Assembly: GCA_048128005.1 (NCBI GenBank)
Contig: JBEUKZ010000123.1
Coordinates: forward strand, 372,001-436,000
Length of the DNA: 64,000 nucleotides
Source of the DNA: Veleropilina oligotropha
Taxonomy: Eukaryota
Direction of reading: 5' to 3'
Under the pieces are notes generated by a model. It searched no databases. It saw only the letters and a list, made by a program, of their open reading frames with translations, and was not told the DNA's origin. Made by a program: the position numbers and the translations under genes. Below, in pieces: positions 38,801-53,721 of the stretch; position 1 is the stretch's first letter; each line of letters opens with the position of its first letter.

Positions 38801-41151
38801 CGGTAATGAATAATAATAACAACATGCAGTGTCATGAGCCAAGTCAGGCGTTTGTTTAGTAAGTTTATCATTGTGAAAGCAATATAAATACGTTATCTAG
38901 CAACATCTTGGTAAACACGGTGCCTTTAATACCTTATTACGTTAAACAACTTAATTTGGTATTCAGAGCACCATGTTTACCGCGACATTGCTCGACAGCT
39001 TTCATTATCTTGATTTTGCCGCGAATCCTCTGTTCTGATTGGCTGACGTCATTTTATAACTGATCGTGGTTCATGGAAAATTGTATCACAGCGACGTCAC
39101 TTCTCAATGAAAATATTCCTGTCTGGTCAAAGGGAAATAACCGTAGTTAGCTCCGTAAATTAAAATGCTAGCATTATAAATAACAGTGTTATGCCAAGTC
39201 GGGAGTAAGGTAATTAGGTAAGGTGATTAAGACAGGATAGAAATCAAGATAAATACGTTGTCGAACAACGTCTTGGTAAACACGGTGAATTGAATGCCGC
39301 CTCGTGGTTTAACATTAGGCGGTATTCAAAGCACCGTGTTTACCGCGACATCGCTCGATAACTTATTTAATGTCACCTTGTCAGCAACATATATTGTTTT
39401 GTCCACAGAGAGTCGCTTAACAGTAGTGGATAAAAGTGTGACCGCCCAATTAACTTGCCCCACTGCTCCGATTTACAAAAGTGAGTGCAAATCCTCAAAT
39501 GAGAGCATTGTTCATTTTGATAATCAACAGCCTCAAACCCCCTCGCCTGCACCCTGACAGGGCAAAAGCGATATTTCTTACCAACATTTATTAACCATTT
39601 TCACTAAAATGTATAAGTAGTTTTTCACAATCTAACACATTTCTGCTTTCAAACGTGAGGTCCAGATCAACTGTATCACCATAAAAGTCGGGGCCGAACG
39701 CGCAAGAAAAATTTGACAATTAACGGTGTGAAATCCCCCCCTCCTGCATTATTACATTGCAAAAGCTAATAGTAATACAATTCAACTTTAGTATTTTGGG
39801 GTAGGCCTATTTCTAATGTTCTGAAAGTCATTTTTATCAGATTATACATATTATTTTAGTATGCTTGACCAACTTTAGGGGGGGGGGGGGGGGGGCGCCG
39901 GGTGCGCGCCTGAAGACGGCCTATTATCTCTGACATTGGAGTCATTTTGCAACTCAATTTTAAATGTTAATCTGGAATAAATGTCCACATCTGTAATCTT
40001 GAATGAATAATGGCATCTTAGCAATTAATACAGCAACCGTACTGTTATGATGGTGGGCAACAAGAATGTGGTTTACTGTCATGATAACAGTACATTTACA
40101 TATTGTTTTTAATATTACGTCCAAATGTAGGCCTATACAAGCTACGGTATTTCGATGCATTTTAAATATCAACTACATACGGTCATTTCGGGAACATTAT
40201 GTGTTTTCATAAACTAAATGTTAATAAATGCACAAATTTGTATGAAATAGCGTACCGGTACATTGAAAGGCAAGATCCACTTTAAGCAAATTGCGTGCCG
40301 ATTGTATTTATTACGTATTTAAAAGTTATGTTGACAAATGGCTTGCAACAAACCTTGTTTCTTCCAATATCATATATAACTAGCAAATCATCGATCCAGG
40401 AAGTCGAGAGGGTGTATCATCTCCCACGTCATAACTAACGTGCATACCAAATTTAAATCAAATCGGATTAAAAAATTTCACTGTATAGCGAGCAGAATAA
40501 ATATCTCCAAACAAAATGGCCGTCACGGCGGCCATCGTGAATCCGAAAACAACGAAAATCGTTTGGCGACGTGTCCTCATCATAACTAACGCGTATACCA
40601 AATTTGAATCAAATCGGATTAAAAAATTTCACTGTAGAAAGAAAAGAAATTCTCCAAACAAAATGGCCGTTACGGCGGCCCTCTTTAATCCGAAAACTAT
40701 TCTCTATAGAGCGCACAATAGAAATATCTGAACGATGACTAAACCATATACAGTACTATCCCTGTCCGGGGATATAATAAATGATTCGAGGTTTAGGGAC
40801 AAACATTGGTAGCGTTTTATAGATTAGCTTATTTGTATTTCATATTATAATTCAATTTTGGGTAATTATAATATTGTAATGACCTGACCTATAGGCACCT
40901 AATTGTTGCAATTTGAATGTCATGCTAACATTACCAATGTAAACACAGCCGTATTTGGCATATTGAAACAATGTGGTAATTTCAACGAACAGCTGATCGC
41001 TATTTGCCGAACTCTGAATTGGGTCATAAATTCATGTTTTGCTATAGTTAGCATTGCAATTTACTAATGCATTACGTGACATATTTAGGGTTATGCTTCA
41101 CTTTCACCACGAAGGTTATTATTCCAAGTCATTTATTATTATCTCCATAAT

Positions 41152-42337
41152 TGTTAACGTAGGCCTAGTTGTATTGCCGAGATCGTGACGTGTCGTTGCT
41201 ATCGATAACGGGAGCCGCCATCTTTATTCTTAGATCCGCCGCCTGCATTTCGAAATATAGCTGATACAGATAATCACTAATTATAAACCAAAGGGAATCA
41301 TTATATAGGCCGGTATGTTGCAAATCGCTGCATTTTAATTATGTTACGACATATTATACATGTACATAACGCGAACGCTGTTGGACTACATTTCGTCTCG
41401 TCGCCTTATGGGTGAACAGGCCCGGCAGCAGATGAAATACGAGTTCTACGACGCGATTGATCTATTAATAAAGATATTAACCAATAACGATTATTAAGAG
41501 ATGTATTGGTAATCGTATCAGGGCACAAAACAATGACTTAAAGGGCAGATTAATGTTATCGCCATGCTTTTCAGTGTTTGATCGGCAATATCGACAACTT
41601 TGGGTTTACGTGTTACATTTCTAGTATCAATGCGTTGGCGGCCGACTGTTGAGAATGGCGTCTAGCTAAATCGAGAACATGGAAAGGAAATGTAACTTAC
41701 CCATTCGGTTAAGTAATAAATGTTTGCTTAGATCCACCCCTAGCCGCCAACAACCGCCAATTAAATACTCATGTACGCCATCAGTAGTATAGTAAATAGT
41801 GCAACCGCCATGCTGGCGTACAGCATGCTGCAATCTGATTGGCTGTCCGCCTGATGGGAATCTATAAAAGGGCGGATAGAAGGAGGAGTTTCGATTCGAT
41901 TGTCCGATGCCAGTCATCAATCAAGACCTTCCGGTTAACCCTTGCAAGCTCGAAGATTAGAAGTTATATCAAGTTATATCAAGATTCGTTATTAAATACA
42001 AAGAAGCCATCGGTAAGAAGATTATAAATAATTACAATCAAGTTATTATTTATGCTTGAAGTTATCTGGAAGGCAGTCGAATCCCGCCACACCATTTCCT
42101 TGGGGGTTCCCTATATAATATAATTACCTGACGAATTATATTAGGATTAACCGGTTATCATCTGGTAAGAGACTGACAATAGTTAGTACATTTTATGCTA
42201 GTATTTTACGACACGGGCCATCTGTACTTATGTAAATATACTTGTTGTTATTGTTATTAAATATATATTAACTGTTACGTTGTCTTCTCTTGGTCCTATA
42301 AGGTTAAGGGTATACCTGGCTGGGTGCGTCTGTTACA
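41152..42337 (+). mobile_element. Possible solo LTR
   Basis: TGTTAAC...TGTTACA ends, internal ATTGG and TATAAAAGG promoter-like motifs (~41838, ~41863); no matching TSD found. Confidence 0.3.
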
Positions 42338-43729
42338 ATATCTATACCAGAGATTCGATCATATAATAAAGGAAAGAGCGTTAATTGGTCTTGAAAATTA
42401 TTAATATTCAGTTTATGTTGGGCGATGTTTTATCTTAATTGTATGCAATAAAATTATTGATTACTAATTTAGACTAAATAATTTCGCATATTGTGAAAAT
42501 GTCGTCTTTATCGAGCATCATATTTCTGAATCACACGATAATATTGAAAATTCTCAATATGACCATAGCCCCCAAATGGATCCGACAATAAATGCAAATT
42601 ACATCGTAAGAGAAATAATTGAAGGCAATGGAATGACATAAATTTAGGTTTAATTATGACAGTTAGCCGACTTCAACAGGTTGACATTTCAAATATTGGT
42701 ACTGCCGCCAAAGAAACTATCATTCTTATTATAGGCTATACAATTCCCAGCACACTATAAAAGGTTCTATCAGAAAGAACATTTGACGTCTCTGTAAAAT
42801 CTAAATACTCATTTATAATGACGCCCAAATACTTATATTTTTCAAATGTATCTAAACTATATGACATGGTATTGTATCAAACATAAATTGAAGTCTGTGC
42901 GTTCATCAAGGGAACATGGAATCGGAAAGGAAAGGATCGATGCTTAATATTCACTATATTTACAAACATCATTTGGTTCAACGAGGGAGGAAATCCCGGT
43001 CGCCCGGAGAAACCCGCCCTCCCCGACCAATTACGGCCAACTGTGATTCATAACTTGAACAAATGTGTGATGTCCCTGCCGAGGTTGGACCCACTACTGT
43101 TCGCGTCAGCGGATTCAAGCCAGTGATTTTTCGGTGTACACACCCGAAACTACACATCTGTCGAAGCGGCGAACATGGAATAGGAGTGGATGCGACCACT
43201 TGTGCGAGCTATCTTAATTCTCGGCCACTGATACAAATGTAATACTATGCAACGGTTTCTCCGGTAGCGTATAGTGGATAAAAGCGTAGCTTCCAATTCA
43301 CTCAATGCATGACTGCTCTGAATAACAGGATTTGTATTGAATTTTCTGCTGGGAACCTTGTTTCATTTGCAGTCACGTTTGCCTCTAACTGACCCGTGAC
43401 CGCATGTTGCCCCGGGCGACCTGGATTTTATCCCCGAGAAAATGGACACTTCCTGGTATGGCCATGAACGGTATTAAAAATGGAACAATCCAATGTTGAA
43501 TGCTGACTTTCACCAGTCAGTCGGCCGCTGTGCAAGTGATTGTTGACAAGGGCACAATGGAGACTTCATGATATCGGTTGAAATAGGTCATATCAGAGGA
43601 GTGCGCAATGGCCTAAGGAGATTATGCAAAATAAATAAATTAGAAATAAATACAGCAAAGCAGTTTGAATATGGTATTATAATTTATCACTTTCAGAAAC
43701 ATGGTTGTTCAGCTTAAACAATGATCATG

Positions 43730-45796
43730 CAGGCACGTCGGAAGCAGTTTAGTATTGGTCAGGCTCAGAGCTTCCAACCCATATGAATGGAAAATAGTGA
43801 AAATGCGAATGGCCGAAAGTCGTGAGCATTGAAGGCCCAAGGCCCCGATAAAATACTCCCGGGAATTTCTTAACTATATATTGAAGGTCTTAGATGCGTT
43901 TCTTGCAATCTGGGCTATATATTGAGTTATTGACCATTATATTTGCCCCAAAAGTTGCATTAGTAGGTTATGAATTTAAGTCATAATTTAAATCAATTCA
44001 GAATCAAAATTTTGATAAATAACGATGTGAAACCCCCTCTCCTGAATTATTAATACAATGTAGTGCAAACGCGATATTTCTTACCCACAATTTATGAATC
44101 ACTTTCATCGAAATGTATGAGGTAATCTTTCGTTTTTTCACAATCAAACACATGCATTTCTGATTTCCAAAAGGGGTCCGGATCACCTGGGCCCCCACAG
44201 GCAAATTTGCCTACTATTATTAATTTCGTGAAATCCCCTCTCCTGCATTCGGGTAGTGCAGTAGCAATATTTCTTATCTGCATTTATGAACCATTTCCCC
44301 TGAAATGCGTGGGCAAATATTCGTTTTTTACATCAAACACAGTCATACAAATCTGATTTCTAAAAGGGGGTCCCCAGAAATTTTTGACAAGTAATTGTTT
44401 GAAACCCCATCTCCTGCATTCAGACAGTTGAAATACGCTATTTCTTATCAACATTTATGAACCATTTTCACTAAAATGTATCGGTACATATTTTCTGATT
44501 TCTGAGAAATGCATGTATCGGTACATGCATTTCTGATTTCCAAAAGGTGGGGTCCGGACCACGTGGTTGAAGAAAATTTGACACTTTACGGTGTGAAACT
44601 ATTTCTTCTGCATTCTAACAGTGCAGTCGCGATATTTCTTATCAACTATTATGACTCAATTCACTAAGTGTATATATGTAAATTTAATTTTTTTTCAGAA
44701 TCAAACACATGCATTCTTGATTTTCAATGGAGCAGGGCGGACCCCCTGTGGAGCCGCTAGTGGAATATCCATATGATGTAAAGAACATCGTCAACGTAAT
44801 TATAACCTGCATAATTATGCATAACGTTTCTTTAGATTATGCAACCAGATTAATAACAAGAACGACGCGTTCGAAATATGTCTTGACCTTTCTTTATTTC
44901 CCTCAAATTTTCATAACAGTTAATACAATGGCTAAGTGCAAGTTCTTCATGGCTTAATTTACTACCCCGTCGTTTGTGACGTCACCAAATGACGATTAAT
45001 CTAAAGCGACGTCGTAATGACGTCAGTGCTATTTGCTTGCAATATTAGACATCCGTTATATACAAATATGGATAAAAGTGCTCAATAAATGCATATTTTT
45101 GCAAAATTGTGTCGCGAAAGTTATATACACGACCTACAAATACTCTTGGGAATGTGTGTACCAATTTTGGTGAAAATTGAGCGGGTAGTTTTCAAATAAA
45201 TCGACGGATATATATATATATAAGTATATAAGTATATAAGTATATATGTATATATGTATATACACACGGACCATTTGATAATGTCTTGTCCTTTTTTACA
45301 AAAATGTCAAGACATAAAAATATGAACCCAAATTAAGGAAATTATAATATACCGTTCCTAGACTTATATACCGCATTTATACTGAACTGTATCAATGGGA
45401 ACCTGGTTATAGATGGCCCGAGTAGGCTACCGACCGGAACCATGCACCATTGCCAAATTTAGATGTGCGCAATAAATGTGAACATTAGTGTTTTTTTCCA
45501 AATATTTTAAACTTATTGTCACAAACTAAATGTCCCAGGTATATTCCTGGCAGGCATGTGGAGGTATTAGTTACAAATATCTGCCTGCAGAATTGGCATA
45601 GGAAAAGTTAATTATATTGTCAGCTACAACACTAAGCAGAATATATAGTGGACAGAGCCTAGTCGCCGGATATATGGTCTACACATGACTGTTGTCAGCG
45701 GTAATGGAATACTGTAGAAACATTTTCTTGTTAAAACCCCCCACAATTATTGGTCAGGCCAAAGCCTGTCTGGCCTGACCGCTCCAGACGACCTTG
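43730..45796. mobile_element. Composite non-autonomous DNA transposon with nested HINE-like insert
   Basis: CAGGCACGTCGGAAGC ... GCTCCAGACGACCTTG imperfect TIRs, TTGGTCAGGC subterminal motif at both ends, flanks TCATG/TGATG (4/5 match), internal ~180-bp tandem units ~44000-44730. Confidence 0.5.
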
Positions 45797-48700
45797 TGAT
45801 GTCAATCTTTTCTTTTATACGGTAGATTAAGCTGTCGACCAGCACACAGGAATCCAGCATCAAGTGGGTATTATACCGCACCAGCACAACCACGGTCGAG
45901 TGTCCGAGGATCTAGCTACTCACCCATCGAGACCACTAGAGCACCTAGAGGTAGCCAACTCAATTTCAAAATTTAAAGAAATTTAAGGAGATTCCACCCA
46001 CTTTCTTCTTTGGCTTAAAAATGCAGATCATACGTGCCAGTGACGAATGAGTTGTAGACTTTTCATGTCGTTATGGTCATGAATGTGAGGATTCATGTTA
46101 CTTTTATTTAAATAACTTATATATACGCGAATCAACAAAGCTTTTGGCTCAAATATCAATCCACAGATTGTCTTGATATCGACATACTTCATAAGGGAAG
46201 CATGAATTGTACTATAGCCATTAATCGGATCGAGAATATTTGTCCAAATGCAAAGATATGATTTATTAATTTTATATAATTCGTAATATGAGTAAAATGT
46301 CATTATATCTTTATACAGAGAATATTATTTTGTTATTGTTGTTTAATTATTCCACTTCTTTTATTCATGAGTACATTTTATGTGATTAATTTGTGATAAT
46401 AAATGAAATAATAGCATGAACCTTTTATTTATATGTGATGGTACTTGCTATGTGGATTGTTCATTATAATAATAATAATCATTGGATCTATTATCATTGT
46501 AGTTCAACTTAAAATTGATTGAAAATGCAAATTCTCATACTACAAAAAATCGATGACACTTTAATTCTTTACACTATTTGAACGAGGCTATATTAAAAAA
46601 CTAATATATATGCAGTTAATGTAAATGGTCAAATACATATTGTCTCAATTTTGTACTATTTTAATTTAATGTCAAATTTTAATTATATTATGTCTACGAG
46701 CGACTTCATTATATTCCTATCTGATTATAGATCTCTGAACGCCAATTGACTTTGACTAACGGCGCTGAACATTCAAAGGTATGCAGCATTGATATTTTGC
46801 TCTTGTAACTCTACTATTTTAAGCAATATCATGTATGTGTAATAATTAAACAGTTTATGTGTACAAATACTCAATCATCTGAGACAGGACGCAAGATTTG
46901 TGGCTTTAACAATGGAGGTCGATCATACGCCATTGGTGCAAGACGAACGTCGCGTCGAAAATGGTAAGAAATTAAAAATGCTTCAATCGACTATCAGATT
47001 CAAAGGATCATATCTACTCGGCTACCGGTGCGATCATTGATCACCAAGAAGTTTCTCTGAAGAAGTTGATTTTATGGATGTTTTTTAAGAACGGGGCCCC
47101 TCCGGTAGCCGTGTGAACTAACAGAAGTGGGATCGGATCTCGGTTGGGGAAATGACATTCTTGTTCAGTTATGAATCGCAGTTGTCCGCAACTAACAGTC
47201 GAGGGCGGGTTTCCCCGGGCGACCGGGCTTTCCTCCCGCGATAATATGGACATGTCCTGCCTTGATTCTGAAGATTGTAAATATACGGGACATTACGAAT
47301 CGATCCAATCCGATCGTATCCAATCTTAGGAGCGATTGATCATACATACCATTGTTGTTGCACCATGTAAAAACATTTTATAGATCTTTGACCAAGTATT
47401 CATTAATAATTTCACAGTTTATTTAATATGTAGCATCATCTGCATATTGTTCAGTTTTACAGGATTTTAACAGTATTATATAATTTATAAATATAAGAAA
47501 TACGGTTGACGAAGAATTGAGTATTATGGAACGCCTCTGCCAATGTCAGTTTATTCAGAATAAATGTTAAAAACCCCACTCTCCTTTCCGTCATAAAAGT
47601 ATGATTTAAACAAATATAATGATAATGATAGTTTGGTTGGTTGTTTTACGATTACTTTCGGCGACATACATTAGGGATATGCCTTCTATTATTTGAAACG
47701 GTATAACGAACCACCGGTGGCCTCGAACCCTGGACAAAGTAACGGATTCGGTTGAGACCCTGACGCTCTAACCTGACGATGCTGAGATAACTTTATATAG
47801 CTAATCGTTTAAAATTCCAAGTCATGATCCACCAATTCAACGTCTTTGTTAAATCAAATACATATTATATCATTTAACATTTCCTATTTTGGTATGTTTT
47901 GAATTTTCGTCTATATGTGACATCAATGTGAATCACGAAATCCAGATTGATAATTATTGAGTAGCTATTTATTAATTATAGATAAACATGTTTTTCCAGT
48001 AATGTACAGAGTGAAATTGAAGATTACGTTCCTACTTTGTTTACGACCTTTTTGTGAATAGTATTATTCCAGCATTCTGAACATATTCCTTTGCTAATAC
48101 TAAGACTAAATTCTTAATAATATTGGTCATCAAGCTTTTGTATCTATAAGTTAACTCCATATTTAGCTCCTTCGTGACAATATATGTATTTTAAGTTGAA
48201 TTGGGCCAAATTATATACATTCTCCTAAAAATAATTTTTTAAGCGTAAAGGTCAGATCAGATACATTTTGGATGTTTTCTGGGTTGGTGCATACATCTTC
48301 AAGTATAGTAGCACATATGGTCTATGCGTAGTTGAAGAAACCATTTGTTTACAGTTGTCCGTAACTTGTCGGAGAGGGCGGGTTTCCCCGGGCAACCGGA
48401 CTTTCCTGACGCGATAATATGGATATGTCCTGCTTTGAACCTAATGGTTGTAAATAAACAGGGTATTAAGCATCGATCCAATCCAATCCATACTGTTATC
48501 AGGCGCGAATCCAGGGGGGGGGGCGCACCCGGCGCGCCACCCCCCTCAAGTTGGCCAAGCATACAAAATAATATGTATAATCTGATACAAATGACTTTCA
48601 GAACATTATAAATAGGCTGTTGTCAGAACATTATAAATAGGCTGTTGCAATGTAATAATGCAGGAGGGGGGATTCACATCGTTAATTGTCAAAATTTTCT

Positions 48701-48952
48701 TGCGCGTGGGGCGCCGACCGCACGCGGACAATTCGATTATGACAAAATAAAAAATAAAATTGACTCGTGCTATTTGAGTGACGGTGGTTCATAAAAAGTT
48801 AGAATGAAATATCGCTTTTGCCCTGTCAGAGTGCAGGAGAGGGGGTTTCAGGCTGTTGATTCTCAAAATTTTCTTTCGCGTGGGGCGCCGTTGATAGTAA
48901 ATTCAGCGCCCCCCCCCCCCCCCCCTAAGCGAAATTCCTGGATACGCGCCTG

Positions 48953-49417
48953 TTAACACGTCGGGCACCTGGACGTGGGCGGTCTGCTGTGGTTCCAGTT
49001 CCATGGAGACGTGTTCTCAGTTTGTGGATCGTCTGTCGACTGCATCCAAATATTCGCGCAACTTCCGCCACAGACCCCCTAATCTGCCGACGGCGCGCTC
49101 CCTGTCCAGACATGAAAGACGCGGCATTGATTAATTTCTCAGTTCAAAAAACTTTCTTTGTGTTTTTCGGAAGAAACACTAGATATCGAAACGTCGCAAT
49201 GACTGTCTCTTTCGGAGGAAATGATGTACAGTAGCAATTTCAGAGCGGAAATTGACATTTCTTGAAAATTTCGTCCTGCACGTGCATTTCAAGAACAATC
49301 TGATCAAGATTCACGATTTTCAAACGGTTGTGTCATGGTTATTGATTTTCACATATTTAAAATTTTTCCGATTTTATTTTAAAAACAACGTGTCAAGTTT
49401 TCATTTTGGCTAAGTAT
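48953..49417 (-). mobile_element. Tc1/mariner transposon 5' fragment
   Basis: SVAEVARIFGCSRQTIHKLRTRLHGTGTTADRPRPG is a Tc1 HTH + DRPRxG linker; truncated by the adjacent MITE; TA-flanked end near 49417. Confidence 0.7.
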
Positions 49418-52400
49418 ATAATGTGTAAATTATAAATTTATTCTTCTTCATGGAAGGGATACTCTGTGATTGATACTCTGTCCACTTTCATGTCGCCGAT
49501 GTTTTCCAGTATAAATATCCTTGTGCTTGTTTATTCATGGTGATTTAAATAGCATAAACAGTAAGATCATGGAAAGAGCTTTCCGATGATATATAACATG
49601 GCATAGGTGCTATAATATAACTATTTACAATTGACAGCGAATTAACCTAATTAAGGGTGCTGCCCAAATGTGCCTGTCACCAAAGCAAACATGTAGTTAA
49701 AAACAGCACCAAATAATTTAGATGTGTATGTGATAAGAAACTTGAATCATTTTCACAATAAATTGCATTAGTTCAATAAAAATATTGTGAGGTCAACTTC
49801 ATTTTTGATTTTCACATATTGACATGACTTAATAATAATGTAATTGTTTGTCGCCAAAGTCTGGTGTTCTCCTTTACATCAAATTAAAACCAGTACCACA
49901 ATATTAATAACACATTTAAATATAAACAAACTCACTTTAGAGTAAGTATACATGATATATTTTCATTCAACGATAATGAAAGAATGGAGTTGTTAATATA
50001 TATTATATATTTCACCTTGAAAGTAACCGAAAATATATATATATATTTAAAGATGTGTTCTCCTTTACGGACTTTCTGATGATAATTAAGCATGAGGTAC
50101 ACTATGTTATATTTCTGGGTAAAGCATTATGGATGGTGACTAGAATGGGGAAAAATTATGTGATATATCATAATGATTTCCTCTATTAAATCATAATATA
50201 CTGCAAATGTGTGTTCTCCTTTACGTAGTCAATGATGTTTTGACATAAACAAGGCCCTATAATGATCCCCAAACACGTGATCATCACGTGTCAGTGTGAT
50301 ATGCTCATACACTTTAAATAGAAATGGTCTACATGAAACAATTCACATTTTACGCGCCAATAGACGAACACGTGCTTGTGAACAAACAGGTCGTTTCGCT
50401 TCTAGTGGCTTTATTTTGTCACTGTGTATTGAATTCAAAGTTTGATACACTCCAACAATCAATGAGTAATGACACATGATTTGTAGAGAGTTTCACTGGT
50501 TTTCGTGAAAGAGACATATTGTAGATAGGCAGATATGTACACTTCATGTAAAGGAGAACACCCAATGCGTAAAGGAGCACACCATTTCATTACAAATGAC
50601 TTTCATGTCCATTTCATTAGTTTAAAAATGCAAACTGCTATTTATATTTGTTTTTTATTCTTGAAACATTTATTCTTTACATCAAAATTATATTTAAAGA
50701 CTTTTAATAAAACTGTACCACTTTAAATTCGAATTAAAATACAATGCAGTATACTAGCGACTCGCTGACGACCAACACCGCAACAAAACGATGTCGCAGG
50801 TTGCAGTTCATAACTCGTTTGTCGGAATGACGACTACATGGATCTACGTGGATGGGGACATGGCAATAGGGCCTGTGATGGCGTAGGTGGCAACAGCAAA
50901 CAGGGTCTGTGATGGCGTATGTGGCATCGGTAAACAAACTTGATAGTTGAAATGGCAAACGTACAACATGAGGAAAACAAGCCAGAATATTGAAGAATAC
51001 GCGAGGTGGAGTATTGGGGACAAACAATGATCAGGTACATTCTCTGTACGACTGAGGAAATCGTAACGTCACATTCAGAGTTATAGATGGTTCGTCCAAA
51101 CAACGTTGCCAGCACACATGTATGTGTGTTCATATCATCGAACGATGTCCATGGCGGGACTTTCAGTTTAATTTTTTATTTCTTCGCTAAAGACCATCTG
51201 GCATTATATAATGACCCCTATATGTACTGAATGAAGGATATACAAAGATATTCAATTCTTTACATTAAACGCGATATATATATATATATATGCTTGGTAA
51301 TAATGGGTGTGTGTAACAGCATGCCTATGGGTAGTATATTATATAGCAATACGCAGCTGCAAAAAATGATCAATATATACCGTAGATCACATATAAAACA
51401 TGCAAGTAGCCTAAACCAATCAAAGTTTATTGGGTCACTTAGGAAAATAGTGATCACCTATTCCGGCCTGCCGTGGTCAAAGTTTAAGATTAAGAGGTTA
51501 ACTTCATAATTTAGTTTCATGAATTCAGAGGCAAATTTGAGGTTTAAGTTTCATGGATACAGGGGTCATGTTGAGATTTAAGTTTCATAGATTCAGATGA
51601 TAGGATGAGGTTAAAGTTTCAAGGGTTAATGTGAGGATACAATTTCATGGAATGTGCAACGATGCGCTTGTTTTGGTTTTCCATCCTGCAATCTAGTTGA
51701 CGTATTTAATTTTAGCTTAGATTTCCATAATATAGCCATGTCCACAAAGGTGGATCTAGTACTCCCATTCATCTGGCCGATGCTCCAATTGTTGCAGTGA
51801 CAATGACGGCAAGACGACCCCAGGATCTCATCTTCACTGTTCGGTTATTTCCTTATTCATTCGATGTTGCTCTTAACGAAATCGGCACTATATTGGACAA
51901 GTCGTGTCCACTCGTGTCCACTGAAAACAATGACATATAAACGTCAACTTCATGAAGTACACAAATGTAAAATTAAACAACATTAACCCTCATATGCCTA
52001 GGCGAAAAAAATAACACATCTGCCTAGGCAGAGTCCATTGGACCCCAGGCTTTGAAATGATAAAATTCAATATGAAAACGTTGATGTCAGGTTGTAAACA
52101 GTCTTTATATACTGTATAAAGCAAAAGGAATCATTTATACAATATTGTACAACAGATGACATGAGCTAGGATGTTGATTGGTAACATACGACATCAATGT
52201 ACATCAACAGTTATAGTTATTTCTGTCCAATTAAGAATTATTACCCAGATGTTTGTCAGACCGTCTGCAGGATATACTATTGTTTTTACACATAAATGAT
52301 ATGAACAAAACGTAAACATCAACAGCTTGTACGCGCGCTGCATGCAAGTATTATATATATATATATAAATGTTGCGTATAATTTTTCATTTTGCAATATG

Positions 52401-53292
52401 TCGACATATTTCGTGGATAATTATTTGGATAAATGCGACCATTATAGCATGGACCAGGAGAAACATATGTGATGGGAAAAGGCGGACAAAGCGAGAATCT
52501 CAACAACACACCAACCGAGTTGATCCGAATGTGCGCACCCGCAAAAGGACGTCGAAGCTAATTAATAACAGCCATAACCAAAGAAAATGAACACATTGTG
52601 AGGTAAGTAAATATATTTCAAACAATAATGCGTTTTATGATATATCCACCGATAGTTGGTAACATTAGATATTGGTGTCCATCATTTCAGGTGGTAAAAT
52701 TGAATTGTTCATAATTTACTAAATATGATATTATCATTACTCTATGACGTTACAATGCATAGGCATATTCATGTATGTAACAATTTAATATTTCCAATGA
52801 CATTTTGCCTAGATATTACTAATAATAATAATTATATACGTCATGAGATCGCCATAAAATTCCAATTAAATGATGTCGTTTTTCTTTTAGTGTATTATAG
52901 GTGACAAACGAAATATCGATTGAACAGATACTCAACTCTGAAGAAAGATGATATGTCGGGTGGGTCATACGGCGAGCAATGGGGATACAACTGCAGCCTC
53001 TGAAGCACGACAGACCGGCTTCATGATGATGCTAGAATACATATATGGCATCATTTTGGCACATATATTATGATGTGTACAACTTTAAGACTGTTATTAA
53101 ACTCTTGTTTATACAACTGAGCATTGTTTACGTTATGGGGGGGGGGGGGGGACAAGGGCGTTTTATCCTAGTCCAGGCGTGGGGCCAGGGCGACCGGGGA
53201 GGCTCCCAGCGCCGTCCGAAACTGGAGTTGACAATAACTGTTATCTCCCGTCGATGACTAAGCTGACCTAGTTTTTTACCTGTCGTTATAAG

Positions 53293-53721
53293 TTAAATAA
53301 ATATGTAATTCCCACTGGCTAAAGTACAGTTGCATGACGACTGGTGTCCTATTTGACTCCACGTACCAAAGCAGCCGGTAGATAACATGGAGAAGTAATG
53401 CCCATGTTTTCCCCGACATAAGGACGGCTCGGCGCATTCGATGCATACAACAGTATTAGGGTCGGGGCCACAGTCATTCTCTCCATCGGTAATGAAGTAG
53501 TGACACGAGGGTTCCCGAACTGGAGGTGGGTCTCCCAGGCGTAGTAGCAAATTTCTACGCAAGTGATCGAATCGGGGGTTATACGGGGGGTCGTTGCGAT
53601 ACCTAGCCCACGTGTGTTCGAGAATTAATGCATTGTCACGCGACGACGCCCTGGTGGTGGCACCCGCTAGCCAGCACACCGCGGCGATGCACAGAAGTAG
53701 CATTGATTTCATGGATTTCAT
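53293..53721 (-). CDS. Secreted cysteine-rich protein, possible cystine-knot (IL-17-like) fold
   Basis: Signal-peptide-like MKSMKSMLLLCIAAVCWLAGATT; 8 Cys in the C-terminal half ending in CNC. Fold is inferred from Cys spacing only. Confidence 0.55.
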   Translation of the reverse strand: MKSMKSMLLLCIAAVCWLAGATTRASSRDNALILEHTWARYRNDPPYNPRFDHLRRNLLLRLGDPPPVREPSCHYFITDGENDCGPDPNTVVCIECAEPSLCRGKHGHYFSMLSTGCFGTWSQIGHQSSCNCTLASGNYIFI

